Below are positions 37,258 through 50,182 of a stretch of 64,000 bases of DNA, in pieces. The position numbers were made by a program, and so were the translations under genes. Position 1 is the first letter of the stretch. Each line of letters opens with the position of its first letter. The notes below the pieces were generated by a model. The model made no database searches. It saw nothing but the letters and a program-made list of their open reading frames with translations, and was not told the origin of the DNA. Source of the DNA: Squalus acanthias (Eukaryota); NCBI GenBank assembly GCA_030390025.1, contig CM059432.1, positions 132,806,001 to 132,870,000 of the forward strand. Reading direction: 5' to 3'.

Positions 37258-39400
37258 CTACAAGGTGCTACCCTCTGTGGCTTCAGCAGAGGTAGAGGCA
37301 GCCTGCTCACTTCCCTGCTGCGACTGCATAGACACTTTTAGACGGACGTTTTCTGGGTTTTGGAGCCTGTGATAGCCCCACCAAAGTCTGCTCCTCCTGC
37401 AACTGTGCAGGGGCAGACTCGGCCATCGTGATCCGAGGACCATCTGGGGCTCTGACTGAGATGCGAGACAACAGGGAAGAAGTGTGAGCACTTTGAGAGG
37501 AGCCCCCATTTCCATGTACCCTCTCACCATTATCCCTCTCATGGGCCACCTGCACTTCCCTGCTAGCAAGGAGCTGGACAGCACCTTGCTGCACAGCAGT
37601 GGGGCCATGAGGACCCACGTCTACGTTGACATCCCTCCTAGACAGGAGGTCTATGAGCCTCTGCCATCTATTCTCCATAGAGACCATGTGCTCCTGTGAG
37701 TGGCGCATTAGCTGCTCCATGCAAGTGGCCATCTTATCTATGGAAGAGCCTACAGTCGCCATCACCTGCGACACGGTGGTGCTCATGTTGCAGATGGACT
37801 CCTCCATTCTCTGCACACTTGCAGACATCGCACTCGCAAAACCTGTCAGAGCCTCCTGCACTTCTTGCTGCACCTCCAGGATCACCATCTGTCTGGATTT
37901 CCCCCGAGCCTCAGCGTCTGCATGCAGCTGAGCAGAGCTGGGAGCGTCCTGCACCCTCCAGCGAGGAATCTCCACTGCTGTCCCTGTCTCCACTATCTCC
38001 TCTTGCTCACTTGTGAGACACCAGGTGACAACACTACTCTATCTCGCGTGGGACCCACCAAGGTGTGTGTATCTGCGCTGGTGCTGGGTGCGCTTCTGTC
38101 TGGTGACAGTGCGCCCTCAGAGGCTGGAGGATCCTCTGAGGATTTGTCTTCCTCTTCCTCCTGGACAGTGGGGGGGGGGGGGCGGGGGTGGGGGGGGGGG
38201 GGAGGGGTCTTAATGGACCTGTGGGAAAGTAAAGAGATAATTTAGAAATGTTATATCAAGAATGGGTACAGATACGATTATGCACATGATGAACATTCAC
38301 TGGCTGCTGACATCAGTCCCCATATAAGTGACTGCTGTATGCCCTTTGGCTGTATGAGATGTACTTCTGTCACCAGGTTGCTGAGATGTCCCCCTCTCTG
38401 CGTCTCCCACCTCCAGCTGCTCTGCGACTCCGGACACTTCCAAGGCGACCTCCTCTGCTGCAGTTAAGGTGACGAAGGAAGGAGGGCCACCTCCGGTTCT
38501 CTCCATCTCCCTTTTATTGTGGGCTCTCTTTTCCTGCAACGAGGGAAAGAAGAGAACTTTGAGTGAGAGTGATGACATGAGTGTAAGGAATGTGTGGGTT
38601 ACATCTTTAGAGTGTGACTATGAGGGAGTGTGGTGCCAATGCCAAAGTGCCAATGCAAAGTGGCCTCCTTGTGTGTTGTTAGTTGGTATGATTGCATTAG
38701 GATGAGGGTGAGTGCGAGGGGTGGTAAGTCAGATGGGGATGTGATAATGTAGATAGAGAGAGAGGGATGGGTGGACGTGCAAGGTATGTTGGTGTGAGTA
38801 ATCATGTGCAGGAGCCGGGTTGGGAAGGCAGAGTGATGGGTGACATGAATCTTGTCATTCATGTATGAAGTAATACTGGGTGGCCTGCTGGTGGCGCTGT
38901 CCAGGGAGAGTATAAATACTCGGGCATGGGCCCAGCTTGCTTAGGACATTCCTCAACAGGAACTAGTGAAGGCCACAACTAGATCTCCATGTTGGAAAAC
39001 AGTTGATTAAAGCTTTGTTTAATGCTTAGACCAAGTGCCTAGTAGTTTTCTTACGTCAATGGGGATGTGATGAGAGGCACAGCAGGATGAAGTTGAGTGT
39101 GGCTTCGACTCACCTTTCCTGATCTCATGAGATCATTGAAGCGTTTCCGACACTGCACCCAGGTCCTCCTGACAACATCCTTGCTGTTGACCTCCTCTGC
39201 TATTTGGAGCCAGGCTCCTTTGGTCTGCTGGGGAGGTCTCTTCGCCCATCAGAAGGGAAGAGGACCACCCTGCGTGCTCTCACTCCCTCCACAAGCATAT
39301 GGAGGGAATCATCTGAGAACCTGGGTGCAGCCCTCTGTCTCTGTGCAGTCCTGTCTGGCACTGTTTGGAAGACTCCAATGGTGCAGTACAGTGGCTGCAC
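37258..39400 (-). pseudogene. Harbinger Myb/SANT accessory gene, 3 exons (~39400-39114, 38533-38374, 38218-~37258)
   Basis: RAAPRFSDDSLHMLVEGV...WVQCRKRFNDLMRSGK|GTGAGT; ttgcag|EKRAHNKREMERTGGGPP...|GTGACA; cccacag|exon 3 including the 228-aa coiled-coil-like ORF 37307-37993. Exon 1 is frameshifted. Confidence 0.85.
38841..39058 (+). mobile_element. Solo LTR (218 bp)
   Basis: TGAC...GTCA termini, 5-bp TSD ATGGG (38836-40/39059-63), and internal TATAAAT and ATTAAA. Absent from the homologous intron in family-B copies. Confidence 0.85.
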
Positions 39401-41137
39401 ACTCCTAGATGAACCTTCAAATGCAATTTGACCATGGCTCCTTTAAATATCCCGGCTGAAAACGCGTCATCGATGACGGCATCAGACCCACACCATTTAA
39501 TAGGGCCGGGTAATGCGCAGGGCTGCTTTAATAGGTGCCATTAACGGAAAGTCGATCTCAGGAGCGGAATGGAATGAAGAACGGGGTCACGACCCGCCAT
39601 GAAGACTGCCCACACCTGACCCACCCAGGTACAGAAAATTCCGGCTTTTAATGTAGTAAAACATCCCAAGGCGCTTCACAGAAGCGTTATCAAACAAAAT
39701 TTGACACCAAGCCACTTAAAGAGATATTAGGACAGGTGAGAGGTAGGTTTAAATGAGCCTCTTAAAGGAGCATTATTGCAGCAAGAACAGCCTTCTCTTA
39801 AAGCAAGGCTGTCATTTTAGAACACAGTGCAGTCCCTTAAAAGGGAACTGCCTTCTAAAATGGAAAAAATAAAAATCATTTAAAAATAGGCAGGTTTTAG
39901 CCCTTAAGGCTCAACTGCCTTCTGAAAAAAAAATTAACATTTAAAAGAATTCCCAAATGGCAGTCTTCAGCTCTTAAAGCTGAATTGCCTTCCACACCTA
40001 AAAAAGTGGTAAAAGTGCTTCAGCACTAACACAAATGGCTCAGCAAGCCAGGGGAGGGGCATCCAGGGTCTCATATGCAGCACTCCAGCTTTCTGCAGGA
40101 TCAACACAACAAGAGAGGTCCTCTACCCATAGTGGCCAGGAGGCCCTCCAGAAAGACTGATGTAGGACCAGATCAATGAGACCGTCACTGCCAGCAGTGT
40201 TGCCCCCATGATCTGGCTGCAGTGCCCAAAGAAGCTTCATGACCTCAGACCACTGGTCAAGGTCAGTGAATGCATCTTCAAAAGCCGTCTCCTACCAACT
40301 GCACCACTAGCCTCGCACGCTGCTCAGTGCACGACTTCCGCTCCCCCAATCACTCACCTGCCAGCAATCTCTACCAATCACGAAGCACACCTCCCATTCC
40401 GAGCTTCACCTCGCCCCCTTGGGGGAGACGGTGCTGGCCATTCTTGGCAGGGGCATGGCTGAGCCCTTGGACAGCGGCGAGGCTGAAAGGATACAAGATG
40501 CTGGTATCCTCATACGTTATCCTCCTTCTGGCATGCACCTCTTGCTTTCCTGCCATCCCCTCACCACAACCCCACCCTTGTGCCTTCCTCATTTCAGAAA
40601 TGCAGCCTGCTCAGCCAGTGGTTGACCAAGAAGAGGGAGAGGAGAGTGAAGAAGAAGAAGAAGAAGAAGAAGCACCATCACTCGATTTCACACTCCCAGT
40701 CACCAGCTCCTCAAGGTCAACCTGCAAGACCATCAGTAGGATAGGCAAAGGCTCACACAAGACAGTCACTGAGGGAATACATAAGGGTGATGAGTTGATT
40801 TCTTGATGTCATATTGGATGGATAGATGTAAGAAGTTGGATTGGAAGTTTGCTTTGTGGTGGCTTTTATTTCAACATTGTGGCCAAGAGGACTCTGTGAT
40901 GGTCAGTAACAGAGGGAAGGTAAGGTGTAGGACAAATTTCGAAAGGGGAGTTGGGGTTGTGGTCACTGGTAACACAGGCGGATGATTCCATCCCAGATAT
41001 CCCGGCCAGAAAGGAGCTGTCTGGGTTGCATCCTCTCTTCTGCTTCCTCCTCTTCTGCTTCTCCTCTTCTGCTTCCTCATCTTCTGCTTCCTCCTCTTCT
41101 GCTTCCTCCTTTTCTGTGTCTTCCTCTTCCTGCTGCG

Positions 41138-41282
41138 AGCAGATGCTGGAAATCTGAAATAAAAGCAGAAAATGCTGGAAATACTCAGCAGGTCAGGCAG
41201 CATTTCGACCTGATACATGAACTCTGTTTCTCTCTCCATGGGTGCTGCCTGACCTGCTGCGCATTTCCAGCATTTTCTGTCT
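41138..41282. mobile_element. Penelope-like terminal fragment in inverted (hairpin) arrangement
   Basis: cagaaaatgctggaaatactcagcaggtcaggcagca is the reverse complement of the downstream tgctgcctgacctgctgcgcatttccagcattttctg. Confidence 0.7.
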
Positions 41283-41547
41283 TCTCAGAGTCATTCCTTT
41301 ACCATCCGAGGCCTTGCAAGCATCCAGCAGCATTCCCTGCATACTTTAGAAACTTTTAACATCTATTGCACTATTGCCACTACTTCATAAAACATAAAAA
41401 ATCCAGTTCAAAAGCTTAAATGCGAACTTACCTGAAAGATGTGTGTGCCCCTTTAAGAAGTTCTGACAGCGTTTCTGTCGGCTTGCTGCAGGCTCGCTTT
41501 TCAGCGCGAGCTTAGGACCAAGCACGAAACTCAGCGCAAAGGTCCAA

Positions 41548-42272
41548 AGGGGAAAAATTCGGTTGCTTTGCGCCTCCCGTTAGCGCACTAAGAGGGCGCT
41601 AACGGGGCGCAAAGCAACTAGCGCCTGGGTGCGGCGCCGCCAACGCCTCCCGCGAAATTCAGCGAGAGGTTAGCGGCGGCAGTAACCGTTAGTGCACCGT
41701 GGCGCTGCGGTGCCAGCGATGACGTCATCGCCGTGCGCAGCGCCCCGCTCACGTCCCGGCTGCGATCTTCGGTAGCGCCCCCTGACTTACCACCGGGGTC
41801 AGGAGGGCCTACCTGCGGCCGGGGCGCCGCTATTTAAAGGCGAGGTGCGGGGCGGCCATTTTTGTTGCTGGCCGCCTGCCAGCACCTGCCTCCGCTGCCA
41901 TCCCCAGCCTCCTGACCCGCCCCCCCACAGAGTGCCGGCTGCACTCCATGAGCCCGGCACTTCTCTTGAGTGCCGAGCTCTTTTGCCGGCACTCCGATCC
42001 CCGGTGGCCCAGCTGGGCCCCAGGTCGCACTGCGCAAGGCCCCTCCCCTTTAAGAAGGGGAGGAAGGCCTGCAATACCACGGCGCAACGTGCCGCGATAT
42101 TCCCTCGGAGCACCCCAAGAGGGAGGCGGGGCGCTTCTAGTATCACCCCGCTTCTCTCTTGGGGCGTTACCACTCAATTTCGGCTGCGGGAGCACTAATT
42201 TTTCCGGGGTGCTAAAAGTAGCGCCCCGGTGAAGTTAGCGCCCCAAAGGGGGAGCGGCTCAATTTTTCCCCC
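41548..42272. mobile_element. Harbinger-type MITE, family A ends, GC-rich
   Basis: ggggaaaaatt / aatttttccccc ends, flanks CAA/CAT. Left subterminus matches the 10300 copy. Confidence 0.8.
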
Positions 42273-42594
42273 CATGTTTGCAGAGCATGGCATTAAGTCA
42301 CGCCGACTGACGTCATGCTCTCCAGATTTGCACGTCCAGGGCCGGCGTTGCTAACGGCAGAGGCGGGCGTTAGAGCGGTGGCTGCCTTTTTTTTTCAGGA
42401 TTCCGGCGCTAACGGGTGGCCGTAAGTAGATCAATTTTTCCCCCAAAGACTTTTAGGGAAGGGTTTTCAATGAAAAGGACCCTTGTGATTGAAAGCTCTG
42501 CAACCAACGATGGAGTGAATGAAGGGGGGGTGCGGTGAAATGGTGGCAAAAGGGCCAGAGTCGGAGGGATAGTGAGTAGAGTGTTCAAGGGCAG

Positions 42595-43820
42595 TGGGAG
42601 CAGAACATAGGAACAGGAGTAGGCCATTCATCCCCCCGAGCCTGTCCCACCATTCAATTAGGTTATGGCTGATCTGCATTTTAACTCCAACTACCCACCT
42701 TAGTTCCATGTCTGTTAATACTCTTGCCTAACAAAAGTCTATCAATCTCAGTTTTGAAATTTTCAATTGACCCCCAGCCTCAACAGCTTTTTGGGGGAGT
42801 GGGTTCCAGATGTACGAAGAAGTGCTTGCTGACATCAACCCTGAATGGCCTGGGGGGGGGGGGTAGAGTTTCCGCTTTGGGCGCAGTCGGGAAATGGGCA
42901 CTTGAAATTGCGCTGGCTAGGTTAAAGTTCAAGTTTTGTATAGAATTCTTTTGCATAATCACAAATGTAGAATCTGCCATGAAACGGGGTGCAATCGAGC
43001 AGTGTAATAGAATGTGATGGTTTCTTTTCTTTGCATTAAACAATATCCCTTGATGTTTTTAAGAGCGGTAACCTGGTGCAGTTTTAGTAATACAGCTGAA
43101 AATGTTCGTTTTATCACAAAAAATAAGCATTTTTAGTAAGTGTCTGGTCCACCACCTGTGAGTAACCTGATTTTAAATCACTGAAAATAACTTTAAAAAA
43201 AACTATACTGAACCATTTACTAGTTTCATTGGTTATACCCTAGTCAGTTTCTTAGTAAATGAAATATATTTTAATATGTAAAAACTTTTAAACTGTGCCT
43301 ACTAGTGCCTGTGCGCCTATGAAAATGAGCTCAATTTGAAGAGCCTCCTCGAAGGGCCGCGAGCGCGTGCAATCAGGGGAACATAAGAACATAAGACGTA
43401 GGAGCAGGAGTGGGTCATTTGGCCCCTCGAGCCTGCTCCGCCATTCAGTAAGATCATGGCTGGTCTGATCTCGGCCTCAACTCCACTCCCCTGCCCGCTC
43501 CCCATAACCCTTGACTCCCTTACCGTTCAAAAATCTGTCTATCTCCACCTTAAATATATTCAATCACCCAGCCTCCACAGCTCTCTAGGGAAGAGAATTC
43601 CAAAGATTCATGACCCTTCGCCATCCTTCTTATTTCGAGCGGGGGCGTGGCCAGTTTTGCATGTGTCCGGCTTCAGGTGAAAGCTTTTTCAACCAGTGTT
43701 AAAGATCGCGGAAGCTCGACGTAACTTGTGTTTAAAATTCCCGATCTTTTGCGCTGGTCCGGCCGATTTCACCTGGATTGTGCTGATAAAACGAACGCAA
43801 GCTGGCAGGAGCTCTACCCC
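42595..43820. mobile_element. CR1 3' fragment (-42595-42850), family-C MITE (42860-43820) and a nested CR1 3' fragment (-43380-43617)
   Basis: CR1 tails and UTRs. ggggtagagtttccgc...gagctctacccc ends. Interior is homologous to 2406-3161. Confidence 0.8.
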
Positions 43821-44039
43821 ACACCCCCTCGCGTTAAGTGGACTAGTTTAGTGATTCTATTTGGAAATGTAAAATTTTCAATGTTCATTTTCTACCTGCA
43901 TACGATGCCCTGGGTTAAGGAATAAAATGGCTGTCAAAATTATATGAATAAATTATTTGAGCAAATTGTTTGTTTCATTTTGTCAGTTGATAAATTTAAA
44001 AAAGAAATTGAGGGATTTCACTGATTGGATTTAGCTGTT

Positions 44040-45450
44040 TACTTGTCTGAGTTTCCCTCCCCTCCCCCGCCTACCTTCTTTCCCTATCTGTTTCCTTCGA
44101 AGAGGCTTTGTTTTCTTTCAAAATTCAACTTGATTTTAAAAAAGAAAACGAACTAGAATGAGAACAAAACTTTCTGATTTTCTTTCTATTTGTGCCTTTG
44201 TCTGTCTATCTGTCTTTTTCTCTCTCTCTGTCAACCCCTCCCTCTTTCTCTCTCAATGCCCCTCTCTCTCAACTGCACTTGTCTCACAAATTGCCTCTCT
44301 CAACCCCCTTTCTTACTCTCTCCGTCTCAAACCATATCTAATTCTCTCAATCTCTCTCAACCCCATTCTCCTTTCTCTCTCAAACCCCTCTCTCTCTTAA
44401 TCTCCCCTCTCTCAACCCCTCAACTCCCTTTCTAAATCTCTCTCTCAACCCACCCTGTCCCCCCTTTCCCCCTCTCTCAAACTTTCTATCTCTCTTTGTC
44501 ACATTCAACTCCCTTCTCTCTCACCCCTCTGTCCCTCACCACCCCATCTCTTTCTCTTTCAATCCCTCCCCTGAATCTCTCTCTTAATTCCTCCTCTCTC
44601 AATCTCTCTCTCGACACCACCCTTTCTCAACCTCCCTCTCTCTTCTCCCCTCCTCTCCTTCTTTCCAGAATGGATGGAGAAACTGCCCGTGTGCTTTTCT
44701 CTCTATTTGTGGCATTCTCCCTGTCTCAGGGGGTCTAAGTGCTTAGCATTAACCTTTTCTAACTATCAGCACAATGCAGATGAGATCATTCGACGGCTTC
44801 AAAGTTCAAATAATATTTTTTTAAATTGAACACAAGCCTGAAAAGACACTCTCTTTTTCTCCCCTTCAACCCCTCTCTTCCCCACTCTTTTCCCACATTC
44901 CTCCTGTCTCTCTCAACCTCTTTCCTCTCACCCGCCCTTTCTGTATCTCTCAACCCGCCCAATATTTTGACACATCTTTCAATCAGTCTCTCTCTCTCAA
45001 CTCTCCTCTCTCAATATCTCACTCTCCCCTTCCCCTTTTACTCTCCCTTCCCTATCTGTTTGATTCAAAGAGGCTTTGTTCGCTTTCAAAATGCTACGTT
45101 TTTGAAAAAAGATCAATTAGAACGGGGAACTAAACTATTTCTCTGCCTATCTGCTTGTTTCCCTGTCTTTCTGTCTGTATTTCTCTTCTCCCCTCTATAT
45201 GATAAGTGTTAGATATTAGAATCTCTGTCTCGTGGGTGTAAGTGATCAGCATTGACCTTTTCTAACTGTCAGCAAAATGCAGATAAGATAATTAGTTGAC
45301 TTCAAAATTGAACTGCTGTTTTATTTTATTAAAAAACGAGCATTAGCATGAACCGATTCTTTTCTCTCAGCCCCTTTCCTTCCCTCTCTCTTTCTCACCC
45401 CTTCTCTCTATCTCACCCTTTCTCTTCCTTCTCTCCTCATTCTTTCTTTT
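44040..45450. repeat. Diverged tandem duplication with CT-rich spacers
   Basis: 44075-44220 resembles 45040-45190, and 44720-44855 resembles 45225-45365. Confidence 0.75.
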
Positions 45451-45802
45451 TCTGAAGTTGAACGCAAAAAAGCTACAACAGATGTGTAATTAGTGCAGTG
45501 TCATTTTTTTCTCACGCTGACAGCCTCTTTGACAAAAAACTTTCAATATAAATTTTTACCTCAATTAAGCTTTTGAAATTTAAGCTCTTGATTTAAAAAA
45601 AATATATTTTAACGGAAAGCTACGAAGCGCTAGAATCTGAAGAAAAATACTGCATCATTCCAGCTGTCTGAACAACGCACTTGGATCCTGGGAAATTAGG
45701 TGCACTGCAAATGCTCAGACAGCACAAACTCAGCTCACAGAGTCACAGATAAGGGCAAAAATACCAAATCCAAGACAAGGCTTTTGGGAAAGGTTGAGGC
45801 CT

Positions 45803-46198
45803 TTATTCGTTCCTGGGATGTGGGCCTCGCTGGGAAGGCCAGCATTTATTGCCCATCCCTAGCTGCCCTCGAGAAGGTGGTAGTGAGCCGCCTTCTTGAA
45901 CCGCAGCTGTCCGTGTGGTGAAGGTACTCCCACAGTGCTGTTAGGGAGGGAGTTCCAGGATTTTGACCCAGCGACGATGAAGGATCGCCGATATACTTCC
46001 AAGTTCGATGGTGTGTAACTTGGAAGGGGACTTGGAGGTGATGGTGTTCCCATGCGCCTGCTGCCCTTGTCCTTCCCGGTGGAAGAGGTCGCGGGTTTGG
46101 GAGGTGCTGCCGAAGAAGCCTTGGCGAGTTGCTGCAGTGCATCTTGTAGATGGTACACACTGCAGCCACGGTACGCCGGTGGTGGAGGGAGTGAATGT
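45803..46198 (-). mobile_element. 3' fragment of the LINE family at 32688-34512
   Basis: Close match to 32700-33090 (AAVCTIYKMHCSNSPRLLRQHLPNP). Confidence 0.9.
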
Positions 46199-46906
46199 AT
46201 TCAAAACCTTAATGCAGGCATCAAAAGATTAACAAAAGGGACAGTTGAGTGGCTAATTTTAGTAGCACTTCTGTGAATTATGTAATTTTTGAATTTTTTA
46301 AAACGGTGTTTAAACTGCTGAGAAAAAATTGGTAGGAAAAAATTCTCAAAAGTATTTTGAATGATACCTGGGAACCTGGCAGCCAGATTGTATGATCAGA
46401 GTGATGATATTACATAAATGTAACGGAGGGACAATGGTGGCACAAAAAGAGTGAAAAAACATGACAACTTGTGCAGACAGAAAGTGTGCCCAGATGTAAG
46501 TGTTGTAATAAGATATGACTCCCGATTTTAACCTTGCCTGCTAGAGGGGAGTGGGGCGGGTGGGTGGTTAAAATGGTGGTAGAGTATGTACCTTTGCCTT
46601 CCCCGTGCCGCCATTTTAACCGTCCACTGGTTGGAGATGTCCGCTGCAGGCAATCGGGGGTCTCAGGAGTATATTGAAATTGGGGTCCTATGACGCCATT
46701 AGGCCCAGAAGCTATTTTAACTAAAAATTGCTGCAGTGCCGGACCCACTAATAAAACCCAGCGGCAAGTCCATCCAGGGCCAGAAGAGGCCCAGAAAAGT
46801 AAATCATTTCCAAAAACTGTTGTTTGTTTCTTTGTGGGCCAGGAGGAGATGGAGTGTTCCTCTGGGCCCAAGAAGGAAACCTTGAGATTAATTGTATAAC
46901 TTCTCA

Positions 46907-49900
46907 GGCCGCGATTTCATCTACCGAGGCAGGTCCAGGACGGCCGGGGGCGGTAGCGCGGTCCCAGCCCGCTGCCTGCTCCATCCCGCTGTGTTGAAGT
47001 GATTTTACGATGATTGGGCTTGTTAAGGCCGCCCAGCGAGGTTCCCGGCCAATTAAAAGGAAGCGGGTCTGATGACGTCATTTGATGACGCGTCACCAGC
47101 CAGTTTCCTTAAAGGGGCCATGTCCAAATTTACTTTGACAATTGTGCTGTCAGTGTTCTACAGCATTGAGGTGCTGCACACACTGACAAGCACTGCACAG
47201 AGGTGCAGGGCTGCACCCAGGCTCTCCCATGACTCCCTCCATATGCTTATGGAGGGAATCACAGCACACAGGGAAGTTCTCTACCCTTCCAATGGGCAGA
47301 AGAGACCTCCCCAGGAGACCAACGCAGCCTGGTTGCACATTGCACAGGAGGGCACAAGCAGGGACGTCATCAGGAGGACCAGGCTGCAGTGGCGCCAACC
47401 TTTCAATGATCTGAGCAGATCACAAAACGTTACTGCAAAGCCACACTCAACCTCATCCTGCTGTGCCACTCATCACATCCACATCACTCTGCCTTCCCTA
47501 CCCTACTCCTGCACATCCTTACTCACACCAACTTACCTTGCACTTCCACCATCCCTCTCTCTCTACATTATCACTTCCTCATCTCACTAGCCACCCCTCA
47601 CACTCACCCTCATCCTAGTGCAATCATACCAACTAACAACACACAAGGGCAGGCATTTGGGTGTTTTAGCCAATGTTCATGTGAAGTTTCTGTTAATGTG
47701 CTGTCAAACATTGAAACCTTTATTTTCAACACTTTGCGTCCTTGGACAGATTTGTGTGCACCTTTGGAAGTGGCTTAGTGAATTGCAGTGAATGGTGAGA
47801 CATAACGGTACCCCCCGCAATGGTGGTGAATGTGAAAGGAATGGCTTGGGCATTGTAGGGATGTTTTATGGTGTTGAGGTGAGGTGGTGCCAACCTGGCG
47901 CATCATGTGGCAGCCAGGGTGTGCAGCACCAAGTGAAGTAAATGTGGCCATGGTGAGGCCATCCCTGGCGTTCTGGGCAGCAATGTGTTCGGGTGCTGAT
48001 GCCCTCTGTCCTGTGCAGCATCAGGTGATTGCGGAGAAGACTGGTGTTGATGTTGGTGCTGCTGGTGTGCCTGGTGCTGCTGGTGTTTGGGTTGATCGTG
48101 GTGGGATTCTGAGGACCAAGGTGAGATTTTTTTTAAGTGCACCAATGCTGATGGAATAGATGGCAGGTGAAGTTGAGATGACAGAAGCGATCTGTCAATG
48201 GTGAGAGAGGTGATACTGGATAGAACATTTGCTCCAAACACTTGCAGGCTGCATAAAGCTCAATCTGTCTTCCAAATGCAGTAAGCAACAACATCATTTT
48301 TCAATCCTCTCTGGCTTCAGGTGTGGTGCCGGAGGACTGGAGGACTGCTAATGTGGTCCCCTTGTTTAAAAAGGGAGAAAAGGATAGACCGAGTAATTAC
48401 AGGCCAGTCAGCCTAACCTTGGTGGTGGGAAAATTATTGGAAAGAATTCTGAATGACAGGATAAATCTTCATTTAGAAAGACACGGATTAATCAAGGATA
48501 GTCAGCACGGATTTGTTAAGGGAAGGTCGTGTCTGACAAACTTGATTGAATTTTTTGAGGAGGTAACAAGGAGGGTAGATGAGGGTAGTGCGTTTGATGT
48601 AGTTTATATGGACTTTAGCAAGGTTTTTGATAAAGTTCCACATGGCAGACTGGTAACGAAGTTAAAAGCCCATGGGATCCAGGGCAATGTGTCAAGTTGG
48701 ATTCAAAACTGGCTCGGAGACAGGAAGCAGAGGGTACTGGTTGATGGGTGTTTTTGTGACTGGAAGGCTGTTTCCAGTGGGGATCTACAGGGCTCAGTAC
48801 TAGGTCCCTTGCTTTTTGTAGTATATATCAATGATCTAGACTTGAATATAGGGGGTATGATTAAGAAGTTTGCAGATAATATTAAAAACGGCTGTGTAGT
48901 CGATACTGAAAAGGAAGCTGTAGACTGCAGGAAGATATCAATAAATTGGTCAGGTGGGCAGAACAGTGGCAAATGGAATTCAATCCGGAGAAGTGTGAGG
49001 TAATGCATTTGGGGAGGGCTAACAAGGAAAGGGAATACACATTAAATGGTAGGACACAGAGTAGTGTAGAGGAACAAAGGGACCTTGGAGTACATGTCCA
49101 CAGATCCCTGAAGGTAGCAGGCCAGGTAGATAAGGTGGTTAAGAAGGCATACGGAATGCTTGGCTTTATTAGCCGTGGTATAGAATACAAGAGCAGGGGG
49201 GGTTATGCTTCAACTGTATAAAACACTAGTTAGGCCTCAGCTAGAGTACTGCGTGCAGTTCTGGTCACCACATTACAGGAAAGATGTGATTGCACTAGAG
49301 AGGGTACAGAGGAGATTTACAAGGATGTTGCCGGGAGTAGAGAATCTTAGCTATGAGGAAAGACTGGATAGGCTGGGTCTGTTTTCCTTGGAACAGAGGA
49401 GGCTGAGGGGAGACCTTATTGAGATGTATAAAATTATGAGGGGCATAGATAAAGTGGATAGAAAGGACCTATTTCCCTTAGCAGAGGGGTCAAAAACCAG
49501 GGGGCACAGATTTAAAGTAATTGGTGGAAGGTTTAGAGGGGATTTGAGGGGAAATTTCTTCACCCAGAGGGTTGTGGGGGTCTGGAACTCACTGCCTGAA
49601 AGGATGGTAGAGGCAGTAACCCTAACCACATTTAAAGAGTACTTGGATGTGCACTTGGGATGCGGTAACCTGCAGGGCTACGGACCAAGAGCTGGGAAGT
49701 GGGATTAGGCTGGATAGCTCTTTGTTGGCCGGCGCGGACACGATGGGCCGAAATGGCCTCCTTCCGTGCTGTAACTTTCTATGATTCTATGATTCTGAGC
49801 TTGGAAAGTGAAGACCTATGAAATGGGAGCTTTTATAGACCATTTGCAGCTGTCAAGTTAGTAAATCATCCCATGCTGACACAACTCCTGACCTCCTTAC

Positions 49901-50182
49901 CTGACGTGATCCCCGAGCAGTGGAGAAGCCATTGGTGAACTCTAAAAATCTAAAGGTAAGCTTAAAATAATACTTAATTGCCTCTTAACAATCCAGCTAA
50001 TGATCTAAATTGCCTCCCCCGCCGCTTGGTGTTGGGTCTGTTCAGCGCTGACAGACCCGACACCTGGGAGACTAGCGTGGAGGTGGGTTGACAGCGGGGT
50101 CCCGGCCCGCTGTCAATCAGTTCAAATTTCACAGCTGACCCGCCTCCGATCCCGTCCTCTCAGCGCCGGTAAAATTCCGGCC
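46907..50182. mobile_element. Non-autonomous Harbinger, family B long form, with nested CR1
   Basis: ggccgcgattt / aaaattccggcc ends. Myb exon-1 ORF at 47072-47590. Confidence 0.85.
48295..49796 (+). mobile_element. CR1 LINE, 5'-truncated, two frameshifts
   Basis: ORFs 48323-49003, 48946-49221 and 49205-49708 tile the RT and C-terminus. (ATTCTATG)n tail. Confidence 0.95.

Larger units (their letters stand above)
31247..39646. mobile_element. Near full-length PIF/Harbinger transposon with three nested insertions
   Basis: Imperfect TIRs ggccagaatcct / aaaattccggct and TTT TSD (31244-46/39647-49). The empty site rebuilds an L2-type tail (gcacctttaatgtagtaaaacatcccaagg). Contains convergent transposase and Myb genes. 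Confidence 0.9.
39790..42408. mobile_element. Degraded Harbinger (Myb remnant +40034-40720; transposase C-terminal remnant on minus ~40880-41135)
   Basis: IWLQCPKKLHDL...VK|gtcagt and acidic E-runs. Boundaries are approximate. Confidence 0.6.

Noticed and set aside
41799..42232. CpG island with overlapping ORFs
   Set aside because: GC-rich interior of a MITE. The ORFs arise from stop-codon scarcity. The same applies to 1-751.
44158..45212. Ser/Leu/Pro-rich ORFs
   Set aside because: Translation of CT-rich low-complexity DNA. The same applies to 15384-15834.
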